The notes under the pieces are model-generated. The model was not told where the DNA came from, ran no database searches, and saw only the letters and a program-made list of their open reading frames with translations. Position numbers and translations under genes: made by a program. A DNA stretch of 63,018 nucleotides, filler included, from Bigelowiella natans CCMP2755 (taxonomy: Eukaryota > Protista > Cercozoa): NCBI GenBank assembly GCA_000320545.1. It is 13 parts of 13 records of this genome, joined end to end, with 100 filler letters (N's around TTAATTAATTAA, not from the genome) between each part and the next. Parts side by side here need not be neighbours in the genome. Positions count along the whole stretch, not along the records: positions 1 to 12,833 come from ADNK01002410.1; 12 more parts are not named here. One strand, written 5' to 3'. Positions 1 through 12,933 of this stretch are shown piece after piece (within the stretch, counting starts at the first letter, position 1; each line of letters starts with the position of its first letter).

Positions 1-51
1 TTAACGAATCCTTAATATTGATAATTGTAAATTGTTTTATAATATTTATGT

Positions 52-93
<42 letters not shown>

Positions 94-170
94 ATTGTTT
101 TTGATGTATTTGCTGTGAGGCTAGATCTGATAGTTTCGGCATGTTGTTTGATGTGGTTCTTCATACTTAC

Positions 171-246
171 CAAGGTTCATCCACCTGTGGTATGTTCTCG
201 GATCAATGCTGATTGACTTCTTCAGAATCTGCGCACAAATGAAAAT

Positions 247-290
<44 letters not shown>

Positions 291-350
291 ATAGATTGCA
301 AGCACAACTGCGTATACAGGTAATTTCGCGAGCATAATTCTTTCGAGAAC

Positions 351-388
<38 letters not shown>

Positions 389-585
389 GGGAGAGATATG
401 AGAGGGAGAGAGAGGAGGGAGAGAGAGATAGAGAGAGCGAAAGATATACACCGCGTACAAGCACACACTTTTAGCAAACCTTAATAGCCAATGGCGTCAT
501 CCCTGCATCCATAGCACCCTAACACACACGGAAACACGCTACGATTTAATCATTCCGTCATTTCTATCATCATCGAATAATATGT

Positions 586-666
<81 letters not shown>

Positions 667-718
667 TTCTATGTGTGTGTGGGGGGAGGCGCGTGTGTGA
701 GAGGGTGTGGGGGCGTGC

Positions 719-782
<64 letters not shown>

Positions 783-1081
783 AGAGAGGGGAGAGAGCGG
801 GGAGAGATAGTAATCCATCAGAAGCGATGCGACGCGTACCTTGGCATAAAGATCCAACGCATCAAGATGCTTGGGTTGTTTTTTTAACAGCTGATCTAAC
901 AGCCCAGCTGCCTGCTTGAAGTCGCCCTCGTACACCTATCGACCGAGAAAGGAAAACGATGACAAAATGAGGATATACGAAGGGCTTCGCTCCTGGTTTT
1001 GCAACCCCAAGGTACCTTTTTCTCTGCAGCTGCAAGCATCTTGTCGATCTCTCCCGTCTCGGGGACGATGCTGAGCGCCAT
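171..1081 (-). CDS. TPR-like repeat protein, multi-exon, runs off the left end of the window; start uncertain
   Basis: GT-AG bounded exons ~1081-1013 (MALSIVPETGEIDKMLAAAEKK), ~935-840 (VYEGDFKQAAGLLDQLLKKQPKHLDALDLYAK) and 228-171 (ILKKSISIDPRTYHRWMNL) read as TPR helices. Confidence 0.55.
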
Positions 1082-1621
1082 GGTGGCCGGAATAGCCAAT
1101 GCTACAGCAAAATCATAATGGAAGGCAGGTCAGGTAGCACCAACATAACAGACACCGTTCGGCTATCATATTGCGCGAAAGCGTGGATAACCTCGTTGTT
1201 TCTACGTGGATGTGGAGGAGGGGGGCGTGTTTTCGTTGGACGTCGCCCATTCACTACCTTGATAACAGGCGATTTAAGTCAAAAGCAGAGACACAAAAGT
1301 AGTAAAAAAAAGGATAATACAGACGATTTTATCGAGTTTTCCTTTATAATTTAGTATTTTCCCTTGATTTTATCGTTTATCGGATTTTTGGAAAAATCCG
1401 ATACGTCCAAAGCCCTTAATAACCCCGAGGAGGAGACAAAATCTCCGGTTATTGGCCGTCACTACCTGACCGAGATCTCCAAGCTTCAGGGATGGATGGA
1501 TTTTTTGCTTTTGCAAGCGGATTTTTGTTAAAGACTTGGGTTACAGCCATTTTTTCATCGAAAATGCAAAAATCACTGCCCAAATTTTCTTTTCCGAAAT
1601 CTTCGGGGTTTTGAGGAATCG

Positions 1622-3410
1622 TTGCCAGAACGTTCTCAAGGAGTAGTGATGCAGTCGGCTGTAAGGGGGGGGGCTGGCAAGACCGCTGGGCCTTCATCCG
1701 AGCGCAAACGTATGCTCCGAAAACGCGAAAGAATACTGCAGGAAATAGTAGAGACTGAGATCGTGTACTACCGCAACTTGCTCGGTCTCGTCCAGATGGT
1801 AAAGTCGATGGGGGGCGGCTTTAACTGTACGCATTTATACGCTGAACATTTACATTCCAACAGATTCAGAGCGAACGAAAATTGGGAGAGGGTGGCTGCC
1901 TTCTTGATGAGGAGGTTGGAAATTCTTATTAGTTGCAACGTAATCGGATTGCTGCCCTTTTCAATCGAGCGAAAATTGGTATATCGTCAGCGAACGAAAA
2001 CAATCTTCGGAAACTTGGAACAGATCTGCGCCCTTTCAGGGGTAATGCTGTCGGCTTTGGAGTAACCAGAGGATGTATCAGTAGTTAGATCTTTGTGTAG
2101 TTTCGATAATCTCTCTAATCTCGATGTTGAAGATGCCATGTATTCCTACCCAGATTTTCATCGATGACCTGCAATACTCTAGTCGTCTGGAGAAACTCTT
2201 TAGTCTCGACACATCGTCGTTAGGTTTAATCACACGAGAGAATGTTGCACTAACTATCCAGCACAGTTTTTTATGAAATGACGTCTTATTATCCGCTTCT
2301 TGCAGAATTCCGAACGCTATTGAACCAGCTCGCCGATGAAGATCCGACTAATAAACATGTCATTTTTAGACCATTTTCTCCACGTGTATGAACATTTTCA
2401 CATGCGAATTGATGGTGTTGTAACATAATTCAAGATATCCTAAAGCTGGTAGCATGTTTATATCCTCCTTTTAGGCTAAATCGCTGCTGATAGAGCATTT
2501 TAAGGAGGAAATTGGGACGGTTATCCTCAGTTATTTTCTGTATGATACTAAATATTTTTCTTTTCAAACTTTAGTCTCACTTGCATATGTATGGCTCAAG
2601 GACGCCAAAGAGTTACGCGGAGGTTTTTCTGAAGATCCTGCCCTCGATGAGAATCTATCTCGATTATGTCATACAAAATTGTGGTGAATCGTGATTTGTG
2701 CCTAATGTGCGATGAACGCTCTTTGCTCCGTTGTAATCCCAGTTTCTGCTTCGACTCCTTAGGTAAAAGGATATGAGAAGAGCAGAAGTTTACTCGCCGT
2801 GATTCGTTCGAAGCCAACACTCCATGAGCAAAAGTTTTTGGTCGATTCTTTCAGTCAATTCCTCAGGATGTCTGATGACAAATTGTTTGATTACATAGAG
2901 CAAGTTTGATTGCTTAGGCTATCTCAGTGCAAATGCCACTCAAACTCTCCATCTCGACTCGATTCTGGTTAAATCCTATCCCGTTGTAGCCCCTCCCTCT
3001 GCCTCTATCTTCTTTCACTGATGCGTGATTTCGAAGTTTGGGAGGTGTCGCTCAAAATTACATCTGTTGACAAAGTAAATCTTACATTTGCTGCAAAACG
3101 ATAATAAGGTCATGCCTGTGTCACGTCTCCCGAGATACAAACTGCTCCTAAACGTAACTGGATCAATAGCGAGCGAAAATAACGTGCATAATGGTTGATG
3201 ATCCCTCTTCACGAGCCAGAAGCGTTTCTACAAATCTCAAATTCCATGAACGAACTCTTAGATCATGCTTTTCCTTGAAGATTTTCCACGATGTACAATT
3301 AGGAACAAATCAAAGTTGCAAGGCACCTTGATGGGGGTCCTGACAATTTGGAGCAATTGAACAAGATTCACTCTGGCCTCAGTGTTCACGCTGAAGAAAT
3401 CAACGAAGAG
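1622..3410 (+). CDS. RhoGEF, Dbl-homology (DH) domain protein, multi-exon, ends uncertain
   Basis: DH motifs in order: RERILQEIVETEIVYYRNL (CR1), KTIFGNLEQI, YAEVFLKILPSMRIYLDYV (~2610-2690), MPVSRLPRYKLLL (CR3, ~3113-3150), LEQLNKIHSGLSVHAEEINEE (ends 3410 at a GT donor). Confidence 0.8.
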
Positions 3411-3419
3411 GTGAGAAAA

Positions 3420-3960
3420 ATGAATGCAGCATGAGCAAAACAAAGACACGGAATCACAACAAAATGATCAAAGCGTAGCACGTTGTACAGAAGTTCAACT
3501 CAAGTGCAAATGCATGCAATCATGCTTTGCGGCGCCGCATTGATTTTCATCATTGTTCGAGCGGCATGACCTTGCAGACAGTGTCCATTTGCACGTTCTA
3601 GTCTAGTGGTATCTAATTTGCATTGTTATTGGTACGAATAGCATCCTACCATGGATGTCCACACGTTGGTACGCGCAGCAGGTAGAGCAGCAATGTTTGC
3701 CGCCGAGTTTCAGCGCATGCGTGCACGCGCGATGATTGCGCTAGCTAGCTAGTGTGTCTCAGGCGTTTGCACGTTGTCCTCGGCGATCACTACACTGGAC
3801 GCGATCAAGCAAGCTGCGCGCTTCAGAACAAATGGAGGACAAAAGGAAGAAACACGCGATCCGTGGAGAAGGAATTTGGAGATCCAGCTAGCTAGGTCTC
3901 TGCAGCCTGACATTCAAGAAGCAACATCCAGCTGAATTGGGGCCATTGGGGGAGTTAGCT
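3420..3960. other. TG/CA-rich, CTAG-enriched island with partial TpA depletion
   Basis: GCATGC/TGCA runs, CTAGCTAGCTAG at ~3741 and CTAGCTAG at ~3888; some non-CTAG TA remain. Confidence 0.5.
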
Positions 3961-4676
3961 CGAAATGAGATCTACCACGCTATGTGCCGTTTTCTCTTTA
4001 ATTTTGTGACCTTAGTGGCCACCTGGATTCATTGAAGTTTTACTATCATTCGAGTGGCATTGCTGCAATGTGCTTTGGCTGCACGTAGTGGAAGATCCGG
4101 TAACCACATAGGCGTTCTTTCGGCTATTTCCTAATAATTTGGTTTAATATTTTTTTTTATGATATCACCTGTGTATTTTTTGGACTATATTTTGTTGCTG
4201 TCACAATTTTCTCTCCAAGTGCATGAACGAAAGACGGCACGATGAGCAATCAGTTGTTTCCGGGATAAAAAAGCTTGAAGCCTTTCACAACCTTTTTTGC
4301 AACACCATGCCTGGCAGAGTGCGCGTAAAGAAGGGCACTACGAGGCTGCGACTCAAAAAAACGCGTTGCAATTAAGTGGCGCCAACTCTGATGTAAATCG
4401 CGGGAAGGGCTGCCAGGTCAAAGTGCATTTCATGCAAAAATGCAGTCCTTTTCGATACACAAATCCCGGATTCGCAAGTCGCATCCAACTTTAGGTATTC
4501 AGGTGGGAAACTGTCGTTTTAGCCAAACGGATATGGCGAGTTCCTTTGAAAACGCCCTGGAAGACATCTAATAAAGTCTCTTATTTACCTCAAAATCGCC
4601 ATCTTCGGAGCATTTCCCAAGGTCTCTATTCTTAATAATCCAAATATTCGACCCCCCCCGTTCGGAACAGAGGATA

Positions 4677-7600
4677 ATGTTGCCAAGCATGGTGGAGACC
4701 GGGTGGTGCGGGGATACAGCACAGCTGATACAGTTCCCCGAAGTATTGCCAGATAATGGCCAGAATGCGCATTCATATCCGGAACGAGTGAAGCAAGGGG
4801 TTGCCGAGGCCATCTCTAAAGTTCACCCGAATGAATTGTACGAAAACTTTTCAAACCAAACCTCTCGCTTCTTCTGAACTTTTGAATTTTAGGGATCTGC
4901 CATCAAATATCGGAGCAAAGTGTCTTTCGTCGAACGATTACGTTGAACAATGCACGAGAGAATATCTGCAGGGAATTGCACCAAGGGTTGCAAATTTAAA
5001 GCAAAGCACATCCAATACGAAGATAGAAGTTAAAACTAGTACCAAAGCTCAAGTTCAGGCGATCCTGCAATCTCCAGGTAAACCGCTACGCTAATATTAA
5101 AAATTACATCGAAACCGAGTTAGACGTTTCCAGAAAAGCGCCACAATCCTAGTTGTTATACTCTTTTGCTGAATGTATATTTATGAAGGTTCAAATCGAA
5201 ACGGAACTTTCAAACACAGTCGTAAGCGCAAGGCTAATATTCATAGACAAAAAGGTCCCAAAAAAATCGAGCGAACCAAAGACGAAGCAGGTTCGGATCT
5301 CATTCGATAGTAGTCATTTTACCCTCGAAGCCTCATTTTTTCTGATTCACCAGGTAAAATGATAAAAGCGATTAAAGAAAAAAGGATGGAAGACTTTCGA
5401 AGCTGCATACACCGTTTGAAAACAGCGTCAGGTATATCGTTTCTTCAGAAAAATTACCCAGATTCCTGAAATATGGTTTTTTTAGACTTATCTGAAGAGC
5501 GATGGGATGTCGTTCTTGCGAGGACAAAATCTTTGAAGCACGGTACCCGAAGTTATATCGGTTTACGAATTATTATGAATGTTTAATTTTTTACTTCAGA
5601 TTCATTTAGAAACGTGCCCATCGAAGAATTGGCTGCTTTACTTGAAATTGTGCAGCGAAAGTTTAGAGTGGCAGCGTATAGTTTGATAAAAGTGCCATTA
5701 GAAAAAAAGGTTATTTTTAAGTATCTTTCAATGAATGTTGCTTTCATTAAGTTATAATGAATGCTACCAGGAAATTGATGAAGTGGGATCAATGCTGGAT
5801 TGCGTGCAGATTGCTTTGTATATCATATCTTCGCCTGAGACGCCTCGGAGACTAGCCGATGCAACTGCTCTCGAACGCCTTGTAAAAATTAAAGTTTTAT
5901 TAGAAGTGCTATAACTAAAAAGATGAACTTTAGGTGAAAACGATTGTAAACTTTTTCTCCAAAAATATTGTATCTCTCTATGCAACGAAGAGGACAAGTT
6001 ATGGTAATTCTCATTAGAAAAATATTCATAACTGTCAGATAAACCCTAGAATAATATTCAAATTTCTAATCAATGTTGGAATCCGTTTGCTTCTACTTTT
6101 ATATCGCCTTTTATTCAATTAGGAAAGGGGAGTAAAACAACAGAAATAAAGGTTTAGTGTTCATTTTTTTTCCCTAGATTATCAAAGTTGAAAGTCAATT
6201 TCATCCTGTAGAAACACTGGAAAGAGATTGAAGGCGCTATCCATCGTCGGTTAATGTCAAAAGCCCTTGGAATATCGAAATTGTAAGTTATATTCTTTGC
6301 GGCAATAGCGTGAGATATTTACAGTTTGAACGCAAATACTCAGGTTAAAGCCTCTGGTTGAAAAAAGAGTCTTGCTCACTAATGAACTTGACAGTTTAAT
6401 GAGAGTAAGCAGATCGCTCCTGAAACTTCAATCTTCAAAGGTTGCTTCGATACAAGTTGCAACAGTTGTTCTTGTAACGACAATATGTGCAGCACATCCA
6501 AAAAGAAGGTAAGAAGTTATGCAGATTACATTGACGAACCGGCTCGATTTAAAATCATTCCTTTCAGGGAGGATGTACTGAAGATTCTTGTGGATGTTTG
6601 GAGGGAGATTTCGAAACAAGATAGAGGGAAAATATTGAAAAGTTTTCCTTTGCGTTCTCAAGAAGGGAGCAAAATTCAAATATCTACAGCTCTTCTGTTA
6701 AGCGCTATTCAATCCATGGCTTTAGACCTATCTAAGCAATGTGATAATATATTTGAGATTCAGCAGGATGGAATTCCTTCAAAAGTAGATAAAGAAGAAA
6801 TCAGACAACAACTTAGAAGCATCCAATCTGGAACGAGAACTATTTGCCAATCATTCGTCTTGAGTCTTGTTAGAAATATATCCGACAACTTAACTAAATG
6901 CACAGGGCAGAGTAAAAATGTGCTGATGACAATTTTGGAAGATTTACTCCTCGTTTTAAACCATCCGGAATGGCCTTGTGCTGAACACCTCATACTAGCC
7001 TTTGCTGCATTCTTCGTGAAATCTCTCATACAAAAGTAAGAACTTTCATTTTTTTAATTTTCTACGCATTAATAAAGACTTTATTTATCATATAGGAACG
7101 CAATGCAACAGGTAGCTCTGGATGCTCTCGGAGAAATATGCACCAAAGTGAGTTTTTTCACAGTTCCAAATTACACCGCATTTAAGTATCACCTTCGTAG
7201 GTGAAACGGGATGGTGTAGCTGTGACTAGGGCAAAGATAATGCCAGATGAGAAAGTTCATTATGACAAAAATGCCAACCCAACTAGTAAGGAGGAAGATG
7301 CGTCGTGTATATGCGACGGAGGGAAACAATTACCAGAATCTAGAAGGAATGGAGTCATGCTTGATTGCGATATATGCCATCGTTGGTTTCATACCTATTG
7401 TATGGGCATCCGTGATTCCCAAGTCGTTCCGGGGATGAAGGACGAGGAGCGAATCGAGTCATGGTTGTGTGATGCTTGCCAGATACGATCAGAGGCTAAG
7501 AAGCAGTTCATGAGATGTCGAGGCCAATCCGGGGATCAAGAAAAGAGCTCCCTGGACAATATAGAAATGGAAGAGGTTCTGCAACAATTACAAGTGATTT

Positions 7601-10600
7601 ACTTGACTAAGCACAGCAAAGATGATATTCTTGCGAGATCTGCGCGTCAGTTCACTATTTCCAAATGGCTCTGCACATATGACGAGACAAAGGAAGACGC
7701 GCTGGAAAACAGCGAGGAGTTAGATCTTGAGCTGGAACCAGATATGAATAACAATGAGTCGTCTCCAAGAGAGCTGAAAATGGTAGAGTTCGTAGTAGAC
7801 CAGTGGAGTATGCCTACAGACCAAGGAAATGATATCGTCCTTTCCCGAGACAGCGTTATAAGGTTGACTTCCTACATATCGTTCTAATATCGGTATTCTG
7901 ATGATTTCCTTGCTGATCAGATGTACCAGGCAGTACCAACAAACAGGGCGTTTAGCTAAACAGTGTGACAAATTGCTGTACAGCATTTTGAAGCTTATGT
8001 CGGATAAGGCGCCTAAGAATAGAGAACGCGTTCTCAAAGCAATTGGTAAAATCACTGAAGTTGATCCTCGTATCTTGCGGTTAAAATTTGTGCAAGAAGT
8101 TATGAAGTTCTCTGTCAAAGACCAGGCAAAGTCAGTTCGAAGCGCTGCAATTGATTTAATTGGAAAATGTATGTCAAAAATGCCGGAATTATCTTCGGGG
8201 TACTTTGAGGTTCTATTGGACAGATTCCGTGATACAGGGCCAAGCGTTCGTAAGAAGGTCATTAAGATTCTCCGCAGTATGAGTTCGGACGGACTTATTA
8301 GTGAGAAGCAGCGTGTGGATATTTGTATAAATATTGCGGAGGGGGTATTTGATGATCAAGAGTCCATGCAGAAGGAGGTACTTGGAATCTTTTACGAACT
8401 CTGGTTCCTCAAGCAGGACACGCCAAATTGGGAAAACTCCACCATAGATTTAATTATAAAGGTAGCTGGCTCGCCAAAAACATCGCCTGAATTATTGACC
8501 GAAATATTACAGCGGATTGTAAGAGAAGCTAAAGGTGCTGCGCAGAAGTGTTCGGACATTTGCTCTCTTGTGCAGCAAAGGCTATTGGAGCTGAAAGAGG
8601 CTAATCCTAACTTTTTGACAATATTGGCTTCTTATGTGAAGACCTTTAAGCTCTTCTGCGACGTTGACTCGAAGTTTCTTGGCGGCCATGCAAAATATTT
8701 GCAACCGTATTTGAATTCGTTGCTCGCGGACGTCCCTAAGGTTCCAAGTTCTGCAAAAGGCAAGCTGAGATCTACCGTCATTACATTGATTTTAGACGTA
8801 CTAGCAAAGACAATTCCATCTCTCCAACCTCCATACACAAAGCTATTCAAAGCTTTAGCAGACAACCTGAAGCAGTTTGTTATAAGGGGGAATATGGCCG
8901 TTCTACGTGCGGCCATACCATGCTTTTGTATGATCGTTGAAAAAGAAAATTCGTATGAAAAAATATTGAGGAACATGTTTAAAGTATTCGTTGGAGTCCT
9001 TTCTAAACATCAAAATTTCTTGAGGAGTAAGGCAAAGCTAGACAGCCAAAAGAAGAAACTAGCAGTACGTAGTATGTATTCTCTTGCTCTCTTGATTAAG
9101 CATTATGATTTCAAGACACCCCAGGAAGACAAGAAAGTTTTCAACATGCTTTTAAACTTTTGCAAGGGATCTGATGAAATATTGCGCAGATTTGCGCTTC
9201 AAGGCTTATTCCATATTTTCAGTCGGCAAACTGAATTCATGAATGCCGCTCACAAAGTTCTTGCTGGCGCTCTAGATTCTAATGGTCCTGAGATCATTCA
9301 AGTTACGGTGCTCAGAGGCTTCGCAGAGTTTCTCCAAGGAGAAGACGATCTCGTGAACTCCTTGCAGCGCGAGGAATCAAATCCAATGGACGAGGAAAAT
9401 GAGGAGGAGATCCCAAAGAAACAAGATAGTTCTGGCGATTCTGTCATACCGACAATTCTCCAAAATCACCTTAAAAAGATACTAAAGCTAGTTTCCTCCT
9501 CAAATCCGGCTGTTAGGCTTGAAACTATTAGGGTGATATTTGTGTCGTTACGCATGGGCTTAATTAACCCCTTTCAGTGCATCCCATCGACTATATGTTT
9601 CTTAACGGACACTGACCAGAGTGTATACAATGACGCTGTGAAGATGCTTACTTTCTTTAATGAGAAAAGGCCCCGTGAGTTGCGAAATAAAGCCATACAT
9701 GGACTGGAGGAATGTTTCGGCTTTCAACGATCAATAAATCTTCAGTTTGATCCATTTTCCCGTAAGCATGTTCGGCAAGACTATCATAAGGGCCTTTCGA
9801 GACTCTATGCGATGATTAGCGCAGGAAAGGACGATCGCGATCGTTTCTTGAAAGGGATTATACAAAAAATAAAATTGACGCTACAGTTTCTCGACAAATC
9901 CAAATCAGAACGTAAGACTGCGGCATTCGTCGATATTCCTTCCAAGGTTGCTTTTTATGCGTGTATAGTAGCTAATCTACCTTTTGACTACGACGAGCCG
10001 TTGTTGGTCGTTTATCACATCAACAAAATCCTCGGTACCGAAGGAGCTCAGCTATATGAAACCGTCAACGATACAGCGGCAAGCTCTACTCCTAATGCGG
10101 ACAGCAAGGGGCAGAATGGAAGGGAGAAGACGGCGCTGCAAGTGACGATTTTCTCTATACTTCTGAAGCTCAGCCAATACATGAAAGAGGCTTATCAATT
10201 GAATGACGCCAAGTGCGAGTCGTGGACTCCTTACCTATCGAACAAAAACTCAATGCAGAAATGCGGGAGAAAGATAGAAGATATCAATTTCTCTCTGGCT
10301 GACATTCCAGGCGACGAGGATGGATTACAAAAGAAGATCTCTTGCTTTCTTAGAGCGTAAGTATAATTCATTTAATGTATTTTGTGTGAAAGCAATTCGA
10401 GTTGATATGCTAATTCTTCTCGCAGGATGGAAACTGACTCGGTCAAGCTCAAAGCTGCCTACAAGAGACAAACAAGGCGAAGAACAACAAAGAAGAAGAG
10501 AAAGGCCTATGTTGAAGAGAAGGAAGGGATGGAAAGTGATGTTGGGTGGACGAACGATGGTGATGAGGACTGGGTCCCAGACCAAGCGAGACGCACGGTC

Positions 10601-10633
10601 AAGCGTAAAGGGTCTAAGAGAAGTCTGCATTGA
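4677..10633 (+). CDS. NIPBL: Cohesin loader SCC2/Nipped-B (NIPBL) with internal PHD finger; 5' start approximate
   Basis: Exons give VQIALYIISSPETPRR, LNHPEWPCAEHLI, DQAKSVRSAAIDLIGK, DTGPSVRKKVIKIL, GLINPFQCIP and LPFDYDEPLLVVYHI (cohesin-load and Nipped-B C-terminal HEAT regions). The 7863-7920 GT-AG intron joins ORFs 7201 and 7901 in frame; last exon 10427-10633. Confidence 0.95.
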
Positions 10634-10689
10634 AAGGGCTGTGCCCTCTCGATATCTACAGCGTGTTAAAACATAGAAAAATGCCCTGC

Positions 10690-11930
10690 TAGCATGCGAA
10701 GCGGAGTATCGTCTTCTTCCCCATCTATGGAGCGAGTGAAAATTGCATGCGCGCACAGAGCTAGGCCCTCATTCTTTTGCCACAATGTGCAATGATGCTA
10801 GAACCGCGTGGTATTGTCTTTGTCTAATGGCCAATATCACATGCGCAAGCTCCAATTAGTAGCGATACAACACGCACGCGTGGAGCGGACGCTACGCGCT
10901 TGCCATCCACCATCGTTTTTGCAAACAAACGCATACATGCAATGAAAACCTTAGACTCTTTCGCATGTACCGATATCTTTTCTAGCATACGTCATTAGTT
11001 GCGTTCATATTTTCACCAAGCTAGCCAGTTTAATTGCATTTGCAGCGTTACAAAGGTTTTCTATAACAACTAGATAAGTAAGATTCAAGATTTAATTTGA
11101 TCGATCCAATTTTAATGGTATGCTAGCACTATAGAGACAACAGAATGTGCTGCAAGTTTTGCCTACAGATTTGGATGTGCTAGTGCGCCTCAAACCGGGC
11201 TAGCGGGGCGCTTGCCAAGCTAGCAAGCGCGCTCATGAAAGTGGAGAGTGCAAAGGCAATTACATGAACTATAGAGCAGTATAAAGTGTTGCTCAAGTCG
11301 ACCCACGCTATAGCAGCAGCACATGCAGGAACTTCTAGACTTTTCTAGTTTTAGATGCACAACGCATGCAAAACAAATCGCCTTGTGAATTTTCTTGCAA
11401 TCTTAGTTCAGCACAATGAAAATTTTGGCCTGCACAATGATGGCTTGCTGCATGATGCATGACTGCTAGACTGATTTAGTGATGACGACTTGTCACGTTT
11501 CCAGATCATTGCTGCATGGCATTGTTTGTCGCACTGACGAGCTAGCAAGTGGAAATGGACGATGTACAGAAATCCCATAATCCATCCATAGCATGCTAGC
11601 ATGCGCTAGCATGACAGCTAGCTAGCTAGACACTGGAGCGTGCTTTTGTGCTGACGACACAGCTGGACCTAGCTAGCTAGCTAACTAGCTAAAAACACGC
11701 AGCTAGATGACACAATGCTAGAATGTGCCATTTCATGCAAAAATGGAAAGCAATCACACAAATCTAGAATTTTGCTCATCGCACTGCCCAGACAATCACT
11801 GCATGAATCAAAATGCAAATCGATCCATGAGCTGCGAAAAATCGGCCAATCTAGCAACTCGTACGATTTCGGGCAGCAAGCTAGCATGCAAGGTCATGCG
11901 GATGCACACACACACACACACAACACCAAA
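10690..11930. other. TpA-depleted, CTAG-enriched hypermutated island
   Basis: Hand count for 11401-11910: 24 TA, of which 16 are CTAG and 5 more have TAG on one strand. Confidence 0.8.
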
Positions 11931-12093
11931 CATGTACCGTAGACGGAGTCACAATCTAAGGCCGGCGCGCACCATATCGTATATGAGCTGCAGCCGCTAT
12001 TTGCAATAACGAATGCCTAATAAGAATGCTTTGATGACGTTGAAGATACGATATACAAATGGCAGTGCTGAGTGGCACAGACATCATGCGACA

Positions 12094-12267
12094 TTATGAA
12101 GCTGCCGCGGTGCCGCCAGCCTGCTCCGCAGCCATTTGAGCCTCAGCATACCTCTGCATCAGTTCGGCCTTCTCACTCTCGCTCAACTCCGACCATCGTT
12201 CCATAGCTTCTTTGAATTCCTTCTCTTGATCTGCACTGACATTCCTCCAGCTTTCGTCGCCCTGGCC
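12094..12267 (-). CDS. Terminal exon of an unidentified gene (helical, weakly HMG-box-like)
   Basis: AG acceptor then 58 codons GQGDESWRNVSADQEKEFKEAMERWSELSESEKAELMQRYAEAQMAAEQAGGTAAAS-stop. Confidence 0.3.
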   Translation of the reverse strand, partial: GQGDESWRNVSADQEKEFKEAMERWSELSESEKAELMQRYAEAQMAAEQAGGTAAAS

Positions 12268-12833
12268 CTTTGCAAGTGTTCGGCGGGGAAGGGGCAGGTG
12301 GATTTTTGATTAAAATTTATATGTATATTTACATATATATAAATAAATAAATATATATATATATATATATGTACAACAATCATACATATTTTAGAAGAAA
12401 AAGAGGAGAACCGACGCCACCACCACCACCATCACCATCATCACCATCGTCATCACCGTTGATACACAGCGTGCAGCTCTGCGCGCGCGAGAGGGGGCAG
12501 ACGGCGCTCCACCGCCCCCCCCCCCCACAACTAGCACTACCTCTGCAATCGGTTTGGCGTTGAGCGTTCTATTGACAGCATCCCACTCCTCAAATTTCCA
12601 GGGGTGAGGCCCTTCCTCGGTGCCCGGTTTTTCAGGGATTGGAACCTCCTCCTCCTGCTCGATGGGGGGTTCTTCTTTTCCTTCGGAAATTGTGCCCTAA
12701 AAAACAAAAGGGGGCGGGGTGGAGGGGGGGGGGGGGGGCCCCCCCCTGGGAGTTTTCCGCGGCGGGGACCCAAAAACTCGGGAGAAAGAAAACAACCCGG
12801 CAGGGGAATAAACCCATATTCCCGCCCCCCCCC

Positions 12834-12933
12834 NNNNNNNNNNNNNNNNNNNNNNNNNNNNNNNNNNNNNNNNNNNNTTAATTAATTAANNNNNNNNNNN
12901 NNNNNNNNNNNNNNNNNNNNNNNNNNNNNNNNN
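12834..12933. other. Artificial contig linker (first of 12): 44 N + TTAATTAATTAA + 44 N
   Basis: Identical 100-nt spacers at 12834, 18529, 22305, 24854, 28117, 38536, 42466, 44657, 56383, 57858, 59833 and 61763; the 12-mer has stops in all six frames. Confidence 0.98.

Noticed and set aside
121-935. Many ORFs with poly-YI, CV, ER or HT runs here and throughout the window
   Set aside because: Translations of (TA)n, (TG)n, (GA)n and (CA)n intronic microsatellites.
2040-2070. In-frame stop suggesting a RhoGEF pseudogene
   Set aside because: A GT donor (GGG/GTAATG) precedes the stop, so it is probably intronic; the gene model is not resolved enough to call a pseudogene.
12560-12833. G/C homopolymer-rich ORFs near the contig end (also 57958-58250)
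   Set aside because: Pattern typical of degraded read ends.
12878-12889. Recurrent TTAATTAATTAA motif (12 copies)
   Set aside because: Always centred in exactly 44+44 N: an assembly linker, not a biological repeat.
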